In this document: positions 23,369 through 35,237 of the stretch, one piece after another
Position numbering within the stretch: the first letter of the stretch is position 1
Layout: the number at the start of each line of letters is the position of its first letter
Origin: Pseudovirgaria hyperparasitica
Lineage: Eukaryota
Length of the DNA: 64,000 nucleotides
Assembly: GCA_010093815.1 (NCBI GenBank)
Contig: ML996567.1
Strand: one strand, 5' to 3'
Notes under the pieces: model-generated
What the model saw: only the letters and a program-made list of their open reading frames with translations
Database searches by the model: none
Told to the model about the DNA's origin: nothing
Program-made: the position numbers and the translations under genes

Positions 23369-25289
23369 ATATATATGTATGTGATGTGACGGGACGGGAC
23401 GGGACGGCACAGCACGGCACGCGGCGATGATATAAGGTATGTTCTGGGTGAACGGTTTGTATCAGCAATGTTTTTCTATGTTACAAGTGGTTTTGGCTAG
23501 AACGACATCCATGATATATCACGAATGTAGGATTTGACTGGCCATGAACAGTCTTCCTTTCATGGACACTCAATATCCTTTATAGAATCTATGCTGAGAA
23601 TGATATACATCATAATTTTGCTCATCACGACTAAGCGGCATGCTGACGACTATGGAGCTGGCAGGATATCTGGTCTGGTCCAAAGGTACTATACTCACTG
23701 TTCTCGAGCTACATTCTTGCTCGCTCACAGCACCATTGAACTAATAATGCAAGATAGTCATTACTTGCCTGAGGCAGGAGTCTCAACGTCAATCAATCCT
23801 ACTGTGCCACATACTGCGCCACACGACGGAAATATATACTCGACCTGCTGTCTCCATGTTTCTTATCCACTGTACAAGCTTCAGAAGGGCGTCCAGCGTC
23901 GTAGGTAGATCCGACCGCGTCCATGTCACAGACAAAGTTCCTCCAGGCGAAACAACCTGTGTGCCCCAAGGGCCAGCATTCCAAGAGCCCAGTACATCTC
24001 CAGAGAGAACATAAACAAAACAAAACCAAATCCCTAATTAATGGCATCCTCCCTAGCTCCAGAAGAACCGCCTCCTCCGTCCTCAAAACCGTCAATAATA
24101 CCCCCTCCGAGCTCTCCCAAACCCTCGCGGTCCTTCCAGCCCAGCGACTCTCGGCAACCTGCGAATCCCATATATCGACAGCGATATGAATAAAAGCCGG
24201 CGAAACTGTCGTCTACCCCATATTCCAGAGAGACATACTCCATCCGAGACGATCCTAACTTTGCCCCGGTGACGCAGCGATCGATAGACGGAAGATTGTC
24301 CGCGGTGTGTGTATGCAGAGGCGATACACTGTAGGGGCTCCATGCGGAAGGAAGACTGGATTCATAGCGGTGGTATTCTCTCTTTTCCAAACCGTTTTGG
24401 CAGATCTGATGGTCGTATATGTGAAGCTTGATCACATCCTATCAGATATCTACTCCTGCGGGCTTGTCGTAAGTGGCCACTCCTACCAAACAGTCCTCCA
24501 GAATACCCCTACACTATGACCCTACCACAGAACATATCCACGCCCGGCGCCAGCACTCTCCTCCTCCATCTCGACGGCTACAACTAGCATCCAGGCAGCT
24601 ACGACGGTAGCGGCGTGACCGACGAACAAGAAACCCTCCCCCGGCACATTCTCCTCCTTCGGGCCCCCTTATCCGCGCCGGAAATCCTTCAAGCACCTCC
24701 GCGACGACGACGACGACGACGAATAGTCCAAGAGCTCACCAATACAAAAGACGTCGAATCATACTATTAATTAATATATCAGTATATCGGGACAGGTGCT
24801 GGCCGCCACGTCAGTCAGTCAGTCAGTCAATCACACACACAAAGCACAGAAAACCCCGCCCTCTGATTGGCCCGAGCCGGCACGAAACAGGCAATTACAA
24901 AGTGAACAACGTCATGGAACGTAGTCGCAATATTTGCTGCTTGCGCGACATTGTAAGCCTGGACGGCGGGGGGGTCTGGCAGCTAATTTAGGGGCCTGTT
25001 TTGCTGCCATATTACCCACGGGGCCAGTCGTCGCGCATAAATATCTTACCTGATATCGAAGGAAATATAGAAAGCCACCCCTCAATGAAGAGATGTATTG
25101 TGTTCTTGGAGAGTACATGCATAATGCTAGGACGTATAAAAGTACACATATACGTATACAGTGTGTATCTACATTCTTTTCCGCATTCCGTTTCGTTTGT
25201 CGTTCGAGTGGTAAACAAAGCACACTGGGCATGGAAACAAAGCAGAAGCGTCGAGAGAACACGAATCTATATATATATGTAAGTAATCG

Positions 25290-25377
25290 GTCAGTCAGTC
25301 AGTCAGTCAGTCAGTCAGTCAATCAGCCAACTAATTAATCAGTCAACCAGTCAGTCAGTCAACCAGTCAACCAGTCA
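25290..25377. repeat. (CAGT)n microsatellite cluster (also at 24811-24828)
   Basis: Direct read. Confidence 0.9.
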
Positions 25378-25527
25378 ATACACCACCACCAACACCCTAC
25401 CTACGTCCCATCCCACCCAACCAAACACACCATCGCCTCCACACCACACCACACACCACACCACACCCCTCGACCCCATCCAAACCCCACCCAACCTCCT
25501 CCAAACCAACCAAACCAACCCAAAAAA

Positions 25528-25776
25528 ATGCGCCCAATCCCCCTCTCAATCCCAATCGCCAACCTCATGTCCATCCTCCTCCTCAGCGCCCTCACAGCCA
25601 GCCTCCCAACAACCCAATCCGCCTGCGCAGCACGAGTGGTACGACGGTACGGAATCTATGCCGCGACAGGGCTAGAATTGGGACTTAGATCCGGGGCTGC
25701 TGGACACGTGGACGAGGAGGACGATGGGGTAGTGCGTGCGAATGGGGGGAACGGGGACGGGGACGGGGCACGGTGA
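25528..25776 (+). CDS. Candidate small secreted peptide (82 aa)
   Basis: A/C-rich leader and AAAAAATG context; hydrophobic N-terminus LMSILLLSALTAS; C-rich to G-rich skew like neighbouring genes; no recognised homology. Confidence 0.3.
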   Translation: MRPIPLSIPIANLMSILLLSALTASLPTTQSACAARVVRRYGIYAATGLELGLRSGAAGHVDEEDDGVVRANGGNGDGDGAR

Positions 25777-25862
25777 TGGATGAGGAGGGAGGATGGTGTT
25801 GTGGTTTTTTTTTTTGGGGGGGGGATGAATTTACGAATGAAGAGGCGAATGGATAAATGAAC

Positions 25863-25932
25863 GAATGAATGAATGAATGAATGAATGAATGAATGAATGA
25901 ATGAATGAATGAATGAACAAATGAATGAATGA
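25863..25932. repeat. (TGAA)n tetranucleotide microsatellite
   Basis: Direct read. Confidence 0.95.
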
Positions 25933-26160
25933 ACGAATGGCGAGGCTTGAGGGAGTGAGTGAGTGGCTGAAGGGACGAAGTGGAGTGGAGGGTATTTATG
26001 AAGAAGGGATAAGTAGAGGATAGGATTCAAATTCCAGTGCACTCGACGACGTTCCAACCATGATTAATGTTCTCCTTGCTCCTATTCTGCGATCTGATTG
26101 AAAACCGCGGTCTATGCTCTTTTTCATAATACACTTCGCGCTGCTCTACAGACCTCCCGT

Positions 26161-27415
26161 CTACTTCCAGAGCTTGCTCAAACTCGTCGCCTTGTCGTCA
26201 TGCTTGTTCAACACCTTCGCTGTCGCGAGGTCAAAGTCCTCTTGTGTGACGTGCACTCTCCGCTCTCGTAGCGCATACATGCCTGCCTCCGTGCATACAC
26301 CCTTCAGCTCTGCCCCTGAACATCCATTCATCTTTTCTGCAATCTTCGTCAGGTTGATGCCGCGCGTGAGGTTCATGCTGCGGCTGTGGATGCGTAGAAT
26401 GTCTGCACGCGCCTCGACCGTTGGTGGCGGAAACTCGATCTTACGGTCGATGCGGCCCGGTCGAAGGAGCGCTGGGTCGAGGATATCGAGACGATTGGTG
26501 GCCATGATGATCTTGATATTCTTAGTGGGCTCAAAACCATCGAGTTGATTCAGCAGCTCCAGCATAGTGCGCTGGACTTCCGAGTCGCCGCCAGATGAGC
26601 CTTCGACACGGGACGACCCGATGCTGTCAATCTCGTCCATGAAGATAATGCTAGGCGCATGTTCACGCGCCATGACGAACAGCTCGCGCACCATACGTGA
26701 GCCCTCACCGATATATTTCTGCACCAGCTCCGACCCTGACACGCGGATGAACTTGCAGTCTGTGTGATGGGCGACGGCACGAGCGAGAAGTGTCTTTCCT
26801 GTACCCGGGGGGCCGTATAGGAGAACACCCTTCGGCTGAGCGATACCGAGAGACTCGAAGAGCTCTGGATGCTTGAGACCAAGCTCGATGACTTCTTTGA
26901 TCTCTTTGATCTGCTGATCCAGACCACCGATCATATCGTAGGTAGAGTCGGGCACCTTTTCCACCATCATGAGAGACACGAGCGGATCGACGGAGGAGGG
27001 AAGCATCTTCTCGAGTTTATAAGAATCGGATAGGAGGGTCACGCGTTTCCCGACGGTGAGCTTCGCGATATCGACGTTGTCTGAAATGTCCACGACTGCG
27101 CAGCCACGACGTCAGCATGCATTCTACCACGCATGGCGACAAGTGGGCACGTTTCGTCGCACCAGCTATTTTTCACGTACCATATTTGCCCTCTGGATGC
27201 ACCTTGACGAGTACCTTCTTCGTCCCCATCACCTTGACCACCTCGCCGACGTACGACCCTGGCTGTTGCAGCAGCCCTAGCTCTTCGCGAAGCAACCGTA
27301 CTCTCGAGTTGTAGTCATTCCGTTGTGCTTCCAGACGTCTGAGTACTGCCTGTCCTTGTATTATTTCGAGCTTCATGCTCTCTATCTTGTTGTGGAAAAA
27401 GGTGTCGAGCGCCAT
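26161..27415 (-). CDS. RPT6: 26S proteasome regulatory AAA-ATPase Rpt6/Sug1; exons 27415-27181, 27095-26161
   Basis: [15 protein letters not shown]...[19 protein letters not shown]-terminus, Walker A GPPGTGKT, Walker [24 protein letters not shown]-terminal KLWK. Confidence 0.97.
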
Positions 27416-27998
27416 GATGGACGACGGCAAGGGCGGCAAACGAAGGTTGAGACTGTGACTGAAACGGAGGCTAGGTGTAGACTGAGCCAAGGAGTGAGAT
27501 GAGTAGTCAAGAGACTCAGCGCTTGTGAAGTCGGGCAGAGTGGAAGCGTTTAGATGATGCAGGTAATCGTGGTTGGTCGGAGGTCCATTGCGAGATCTAG
27601 CTTCACCGAAGCTCAGGTCCGGCCGGAGATACTTCGGGACAGTCACCTGTCGACAACACGGGTAGTCCTGAATGAGATACAGAGTTTCCAAGACTTGATT
27701 GGTGCATCAATATTATCAACTACATCTGTATACGTTCGGCATTCTTGTCGTTTCATCAGATGAGGATGTCGATTTAGATCTTGTGCTGTTCAATGTGATT
27801 CTTCTATGCCCGTAACATTATATCTACAGAGCAGTAACGAAGTAACGAGTGTGAGACGGGTATCATCAGTATGTGCAGAAATCCAAGCCAGGCACCACCC
27901 TATGTGCATTCAATAAGATCCTGAATATGTGCTCCATACGCCTTATTCGTACCCCGACGGAAAATGACAAATACATATAACAGAATATCGCAAAATGA

Positions 27999-29619
27999 TC
28001 ACCCTGTACTGGAAGGCCCCCACTCGTGCCGAGTCGCTGGGGTGTTGTTTTCACTGCCACTTGCCGTCGGATTCCTCTCCTCGGGCAATCGACCAGGTTC
28101 AGCTTGTCGAGTGCGGATGCCGAATGTTCGATTTAATCGTTCAGCAAGTCGTCTTCTTCGTGAGTCGTTTGCTGCGCCGTCGGTGACATCGTCATTCGTC
28201 GATCGTAGACGTCGAAGCTCAGCAATGCGTTCATCACGCGTCATCGTACGACTAGAGCTGAATATGTACGTTAAAGCGCTTCGTCTGCGGAGATCCTCTT
28301 CGAGGGGCGGTGCATCAGAGGGACTGCGAACTGCCTCATCTTCGGTGGCTTCAGGCGGGCGAAGGTCTATGCGACTATGAAGGGGTTAGCTAAAGAATGG
28401 ACCAGCAGGATTTGATTATGTCTTACCAAAGCGGACACGTTCCGGAAACATTGAGAAGCCATTGATCAACACAGCCAGCGTGGAACTTGTGGTCGCAAGG
28501 TAGGACTCTAACGTCCTGGCCACGTTCGAATTCTTCGGCACATATAGCGCATTCCAATCCTGTTGCCTCACGGTTTGATACGTCGTCTGTACTCTTAGCC
28601 TCTGCTGGTGCAATACCACCCGTGTTCTCTAAGCTCTTCTTGGGAGCGCTTGCTGCCGTGGACGTAGCTACTGTGCTTGCGACCTCCAATTCCTCTGTCG
28701 TCGCTCCCGTGTTGGTGCCTGTCTGTTTACTGCTAGTCCCGAGCTCTACATCATTCGGCTTCGATGCTTGCTCTTCGCCAAACTTGACGATTGGAAGAGT
28801 GTCTAGCATGGCTCGTGCGATGCCACGGGCTCTACTTTGCCTCGGTCGGCCGGCGCCATCTCTGGGACCATACCTTTCTGGATGCCGATGCGCTCTGACA
28901 GCGCCAGTCATGATTATGATCAGGAACAATGCAGTGATGACACCCGTGATGCTATACAAGATAATCATCGCCACTGCAGTCGACGGAGACGGACCTCCTG
29001 GAGGTTCTGTCTGGTTGTTTGGCCCCGCCCTCTGTATTGAGACCAGGAACTCTGAGGTGGTGGAATTCGCAGCTTGCTGAAGCCTACTCAGCAAGTCTGT
29101 TGCGTTCCGTGTGCCAATCATGGTATATATAGATAATGCGTCGAGGCTCTGATCTGCAGTAGTGTTCGCAACACAACCTGCTTCTGCTACCTGACTGAAC
29201 AACAGAACAGCAGATGCCCTTCGATCTTTCATAACGATGTTTACAACATTCGCAGCTTGTAAGTTGCCAGGATAGTCTCTCGCGTCGCAGCTAATGTAAG
29301 CGACATTTTTCCCTCCTTGAGTGGGGAACGTGTTGGCATTGTCCGTATTGGCTATGATGAGGTTGGCCATTGTACCTGGCTGCCACGGTATTAGGCCCTA
29401 TGATACAAGTCTAACAACTACAGGCTGACTTACGTTGTCTCTTGCTGCGGCCGTCATGCCCTCGATGTCGGCAATGTGACTCGTATCGCCGCCAGCCAGA
29501 TCGAACTGCGGTTCTGCAGCCCTAGCCTGATCAGCGGCATGTATTGCAGTTGTTGATTGCGCAACGATGGTAGTTGCGGATGCTACCGCTACCATGAGCT
29601 TGTACGTCCATGATACCAT
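27999..29619 (-). CDS. Signal peptide + PA-like domain + TM + RING-H2 E3 ubiquitin ligase; exons ~29619-29434, 29379-28427, 28374-27999
   Basis: IAYISCD-like motif, [29 protein letters not shown] followed by [12 protein letters not shown], and RING-H2 CAIC...[26 protein letters not shown] completed across an intron. Confidence 0.9.
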
Positions 29620-30737
29620 GGTTGTGGGTATGGGTTGCGCGAGCAGTAGTAGTTGTTTAGGACGAGACAAGCGTCATTGCTGTATGTCACTTATGGCAGA
29701 GATCACTCGTCAAAGATCGTGCAAGAGAATGATGTGAGGGGCGAAGACAGTGTAGCATGACATGGCTCGGTATCAGATCATGAAGACCCAAGGTAGATAT
29801 GGGGAAATCGTGAACGTGCTGCGCTGGGGCCGCCCGGATCTGATCGCCCCACTTATCCTGCCGTCACTCAGTAGTCCCGTCACTTAATTACTCAGTACTA
29901 GTCAGACCCAGCCCCAGCCCCTAAGCGTATCAGTTCTTAATGGCGTATTCGCGTATTGGCGTCTTGGCTCACCGCGCAGAAACACCTCACCTCATGGCTG
30001 GGCAGCTCTCCGCCAAGCAGCTTTTTCACTGTGATTCCAGCATATCAATCCGACTTTCTTCTACACAGCCCCATAGCGACGAGGACGAGTTCAGACATCC
30101 CGGCCCAGACATGATATACATGGCTTCGTCAGCATCAAGATAATTGGCTAACAGTAGTGCCTCCACCATACACCCTCGGATCCGCTAACTCCGAAGCCAA
30201 GTCTGAAACCGTCCTTGATGTCTCGCTTCGTAGTTCATCGTGGCGTGGCGTGATCAACAAACGTCATGGAGTATTACTTATTGGCGTCGAGTAGGCTTGT
30301 CTGTCATTTGTCTGCAAGAATACTGCAAATGAAGAATGTGTTGGGTTATCTTGTCTTATTAAAACTCCTTCACGTATGCATACCATGCTTCAACAGCGAA
30401 GGAAGAAAAAAAGAGATGCCAAACCCTGACTCGCGCTTATATCTGCTATGCCCATGTCTCATAATGTGTACCTGGGCGCCTCGCTATGTGTTGAATGATG
30501 ATTCCTGGTGGTAGAATCACCGGAAGGGTTTCCGTCTTAGAGTAGTATATCGTCTTGCAATGTATTGCCGTCTATTCGGCGACAACGTTATCCTGTGTCT
30601 AGACACCAGCCAATTACCGATCTCTGTATCATCGATCGCTATGCAATGCAGAGATGAAAGTTCGAGTCTCAACTTGATTAAGATGCCACAAATGCGCAGC
30701 CGGGAAGAAGCAACAACGCAAATCAGAGTCGTCGTCG

Positions 30738-33700
30738 CTAGAAAGCCCGGCCGTGAGTGCCACTGCCCTTGACTTTGAAGCTGGAGGACTCAAATCGCGT
30801 ACTCTCTAAAAGACCACCAAGCGCCAGTGTATCGTACGGATCAACACCATTCAGGCCCGCTTCGTTGAAAGACGACAAGTAGAATCCGACAGTGACGACG
30901 AGGTATGCCAGAATCAAGATAGACCCTTTAAAGTAGTTGCTTCTCCCCTCACCGTATACGTACGATAGAAGGAAGACGCAAAGCACTACCGTAACCATGT
31001 CCCATTGCGGGAAAATAAGAGCTGTTCGTCGTCGTCAGTGGTGCTGGTAACGGGAATGTGTCTATAGACTCACTGAAGGTATGGTGTATGACTTCTTTGG
31101 AATCGACGAGACCAGATGCACCGTAGAAAGCACTGAACAGCACCAATGCGGGTACTTGAAGCAGACAAACTTGAAGGGCGTAGGCGGAGCCGATCTCCAT
31201 GGACAGAGCAATGTTACCGTTCATTGCAAACGAGATAGCGTTCTATTTGTGTCAGTAACTTTAGTGCTCGTTCGAGGTGGAGACCTTACAAGAAATTCCG
31301 TTGTATTCGGAACCAGTGCGAAAAGCGTAATACCCAAGAACTTTTCGTCGATATCCACATTTTCGAGCACAGCATCGACAGTATTCACAAGAATCTCAGC
31401 AATGATTGCATAGGCGACAGTTGCGCTGAGAAGGATGGCCGTACTCTTCTTGCGACTCCAATTAGGGGCGTCGTGACCACCGGCTGCCTGCTCAGCTGGT
31501 GCTTCACCATGGGCATGCGTCTCTTCGACAGTCGAGCCTCGGTGGCTATGTGCTCGTACCGTGGCAGCAGCCTGTGTTACCTTTCGTGGCGCCTTCGTTG
31601 CATCACGAGCAGCCACAGCAGCGGCAGTGGCGGCTATTTCAGCGATGCACTGGGTGATTGCATTGTTCTGCTCATCCGACAGGCCTTCGACATGAAGACT
31701 TTCGGGCTGTGCCATCTCACCGTCAGCCTTCGGCGGTACGACATGTGGTGTGGACGGTATGGTGCTGGGAGCAGTCGAAGACTTCTTATGGTTTTCGTGA
31801 ATGACTTCCCCGCTAGTTGTAAGACCTGCAGATTTGAGAGATTGTCCTAGAATACGCTTGTACAACTGTGTTTGTCGGATATCGGATCGCGATGTGCCAC
31901 TGTGAGCTTCAAAGGATGATTGGAGATTCAGCGTGTGAGGGTGCTCGAAATGTCCACTAGTGCTCAGCTGACTACTGGTCATATCATGCTTCTCGGGCTT
32001 CTTTTCATCTATCTCGTTGTTCCAGATGACCGCGGCATGAGTTCTCAACGTGAACAACAGGCCAACGACATATGAGAGAAACAGAAGAACGGAGCAGAAC
32101 CAGATGTACGGCTTCAGCGCTTCTTTGTAAAAGCGATCATGTATGGCTGGAGCCTGGGAAAAGTAGCATCGTCTGCAGTCGCGATCGCCCGTGTAGGCGT
32201 GATGAGCGCATTGATGGCAATTGAGCTCGTGCTAGGAGTCGTTAGCGTAGGTCCAATAAAGCCCGATATACCACTTACACTGCCGTAGATCTGGTAAAAT
32301 AGCGTAGGACTGAAGCAACCGATAATGGCAAAGAGTAGCATGGTAGATGTCACCCCTGCTGATCTGACGTTGAATCTTTGAGTCTTTCGTTTCAATGCAC
32401 CAAAGCACATGGACAACCCAGGGAGAAACAGTATAGCAGCAAAGATGCTGCCGATGATACTGCCTTCGACCAGTTGCGCCTTACCCTCTTTCAACGCAAC
32501 GCAGTACAGGAACACTTCCACAATGGTGGAGAACAGTGCATTGACGGTAGCACCAATGCCCATAGATGATTGGGCCGAAATTGAAGCCACAGCTTGTCCG
32601 ATGAAGTAGGCCAAAGGTATGATTGAGAACAGTGCAAGCACAAAGACGAAGCCTGAGCTTGTGAGTGCGTTTCTAATTCCAAGAGCTACCCCAAGCACCC
32701 AGTAATCGAAAATGACGAAAGCAACAATTCCGAGCAAGTTGATGAGGAAGATGTTTGTACCGTCAATTGTGTATTTCCAATATCTGGTGCCAACAGCACG
32801 GTATGTGCACAGTAAGATCGAGGAAGACTGCTCGCCACCCCGTCGGACATCAGAACCATCAGCGTGGAAGGAGAGTGCCAGTGGATGCCGTCGCATATGA
32901 TCAAATAGTAGTAAAGTCACCTTGCCCATAGGTATTGTAAAAACCAAGAGCCAGCATATACCGGAGACGAGCAGGAGGGACGGTGCCAATAGACCATAGA
33001 AGGCGATGAAGAAGATGATGCGACCGAGCGTCCATTTACCGCGACCGAACAGACGTCGCTTTCGGGTATCATTGTCATTCGAATTACTGTTACCACGTCC
33101 GGTCCGTCCAAGTAGACTCTGGGTCTCGGAGGCTGTCGAGTCGATACTGTTCCGTCTTCGTCCGATGATAGAGCCCTGTATGTTGATCGGTCCGAAAAAG
33201 AGTCGACCTTCTTCGATGTCTCCACTCTGCCATTGCTCGTATTCACTGATGCTTCTTCCTTCACCCTCATCCTCCTCGGCGTATGCTTCATCCTGGATAA
33301 GTCGAACATATTTGCCAAACGGATAGATCAAATACCGCGCTAGGCCCAACAGCACAGTTCCATACTCGACACAACTCCCTTGAAACCCAAAGAGTAAACA
33401 GAAGAGACCACCGGCAGCAGCAATGGCCGCAAGCCACCATCCGAAGAGAATCGACCATATGAAGTTGAACAGAACTAGCCAACGACTCACGAACAGTCCG
33501 GGTGTAGAGTGGATGTCTCCTTCAGCGTTCTTCTGTACAGATCGGTCCTTCTTGTAGAGTGCTGGCTTCCAGATCCTGATACCAAAGGGATGTGTTTCGT
33601 TGATGGCTTGTTGCCTGTCTCGCAAAGTAAAGCTCTCTGCATCGCTAAGGTCGGCATCATCGTCGTCTGCACCCGGAGTTTCTACTTCTTCTTCTTCTTC

Positions 33701-34283
33701 ATCCTCACCAGCTACAACGGTTGCCTCTTCTCCAGATGTTACATTGTCATCTGGAGACTTTGGACCAGACAGACTCACCTCGCGAGGTGACATCGGCTCA
33801 TCATCGTCACCTTCGACTGTCGATAGCTTAGGTGGTTGCGCGGTCACTCTCCTCCGTACGGTCGAGGGCTGCCGCCTGAGAGTGCCAGATGACTGTCTTG
33901 CTTGTCTAATCTTCGCCATGTCTTCGTCCACCTCCTCCTGGGCATCATGGACAGAGAAATGTTGATTGCGGTGAGAGGAGGGCCGGCGTCCCATACCAGG
34001 TTTTTTGGGGCGCGATTGTTGTGGTGAAGGCTCGACGGAGGTTGAGCCAGTACGGGTTGTGTTGCCAGATATCGTTCCTATTGTAGAATGAGCAGTATTC
34101 AACTAGATTACGACTCCTGTACGTACCATATACGGAGGTGGACGTCTGTGACCGGTTGTGATGTCTTCGTTCCGTAGCTGGCGACTGGGTAGAGCTCTCT
34201 TGGACCGCGCTCCAGTCCGTTGCCCTCGCTGAAGCTGCAGCTTCTTCGCCAGCAGAGCTTTTCGGTCTCTTTGGATCAGACAT
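30738..34283 (-). CDS. VNX1: Vacuolar cation/H+ exchanger (CAX type 2, Vnx1-like); exons 34283-34127, 34077-32279, 32231-31290, 31242-31074, 31021-30738
   Basis: INETHPFGIRIWKPALYKK, AVASISAQSSMG, GHDAPNWS, LVPNTTEFL|NAISFAMNGNIALSMEIGS and GRSNYFKGSIL; all introns keep frame. Confidence 0.93.
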
Positions 34284-35237
34284 TGTCACGGGCCTGGTGT
34301 TTAGATCGTGGACCGAGATTCTTTACGCGATGGTAGGGATCGAGACTATCGCGTCGGACTATGCTGCTCAAACGAAGGATGGCACAGCGCGTCCTCAGCC
34401 TGCCGGCGTGTCGAAGAGCTGCGGCCGGGCCCAGAAAGTGCGCGTGTTCGACAAGGAATGTAAGACTGAATGGTCATGAGGAAGATATCACTGCATGCTT
34501 GGTCGGCCAATGTAGGAGTGATAAGTTGATTATCAAATGTAGCGGGGAAGCTGCAGCAGTGTTGCACGTGGAGAGCAGAGCTCTCTCTCACAAGTGACGA
34601 CTGGAGTTTAGCTTCGAAGTCCCAAGCATCAACCGACTACACCTACGGCCCTTCAAGCTTTAATTTTGCCTAATGGTTGGTCCGCGCGCAACTCCACACG
34701 TCATGCTGCAGAGTCTGGTTAATTTATCTCGAATCTAATTTCCGTTGTCCAAAATATCAATCGGGAGCTGTTTCTGTCATGCACGGAGCTCAAGATTGGT
34801 TTAGCCCGAGCCTTGACGTAAACCTTAAAAAAAGGTCGTTGCCGGTTTCTAGGGCATTTTCGGCGAAAAGCGATCTCTGGGGCACCTGTAGCAGTAGTGT
34901 GGTGTTAATCACTGGAGCCCAAGAGTCTCGATGTAGGCAATTGCAAACAGATCTTGCGTGAAGTCAGACTATCGATAGAACTCGCGCGCACACTCACATT
35001 CAGTCCAAAGACAATGTGATTGCTTGAGAATTTCCATTACAGACAATTTTGCGCACATAGTATGCGTGTCCGCGTGCGTCTTGGCGCGACTTCGTTTTAG
35101 CATTCATATTACTTGTAGACTGGCCCGAACATCCCTGGGCTGTCTGCTTTTGCGTCCGCCACAGTCATATCTATCATAATGCGTGTGACATCGGCTGTGA
35201 GGCGCGAGGTCGTGGTACGAAAGACGTATTCATGTTA

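Noticed and set aside
27431..27440. GGCGGCAAA resembling an Rpn4/PACE site near RPT6
   Set aside because: One mismatch, only ~16 nt from the ATG (probably transcribed leader), and the filamentous-fungal Rpn4 motif differs
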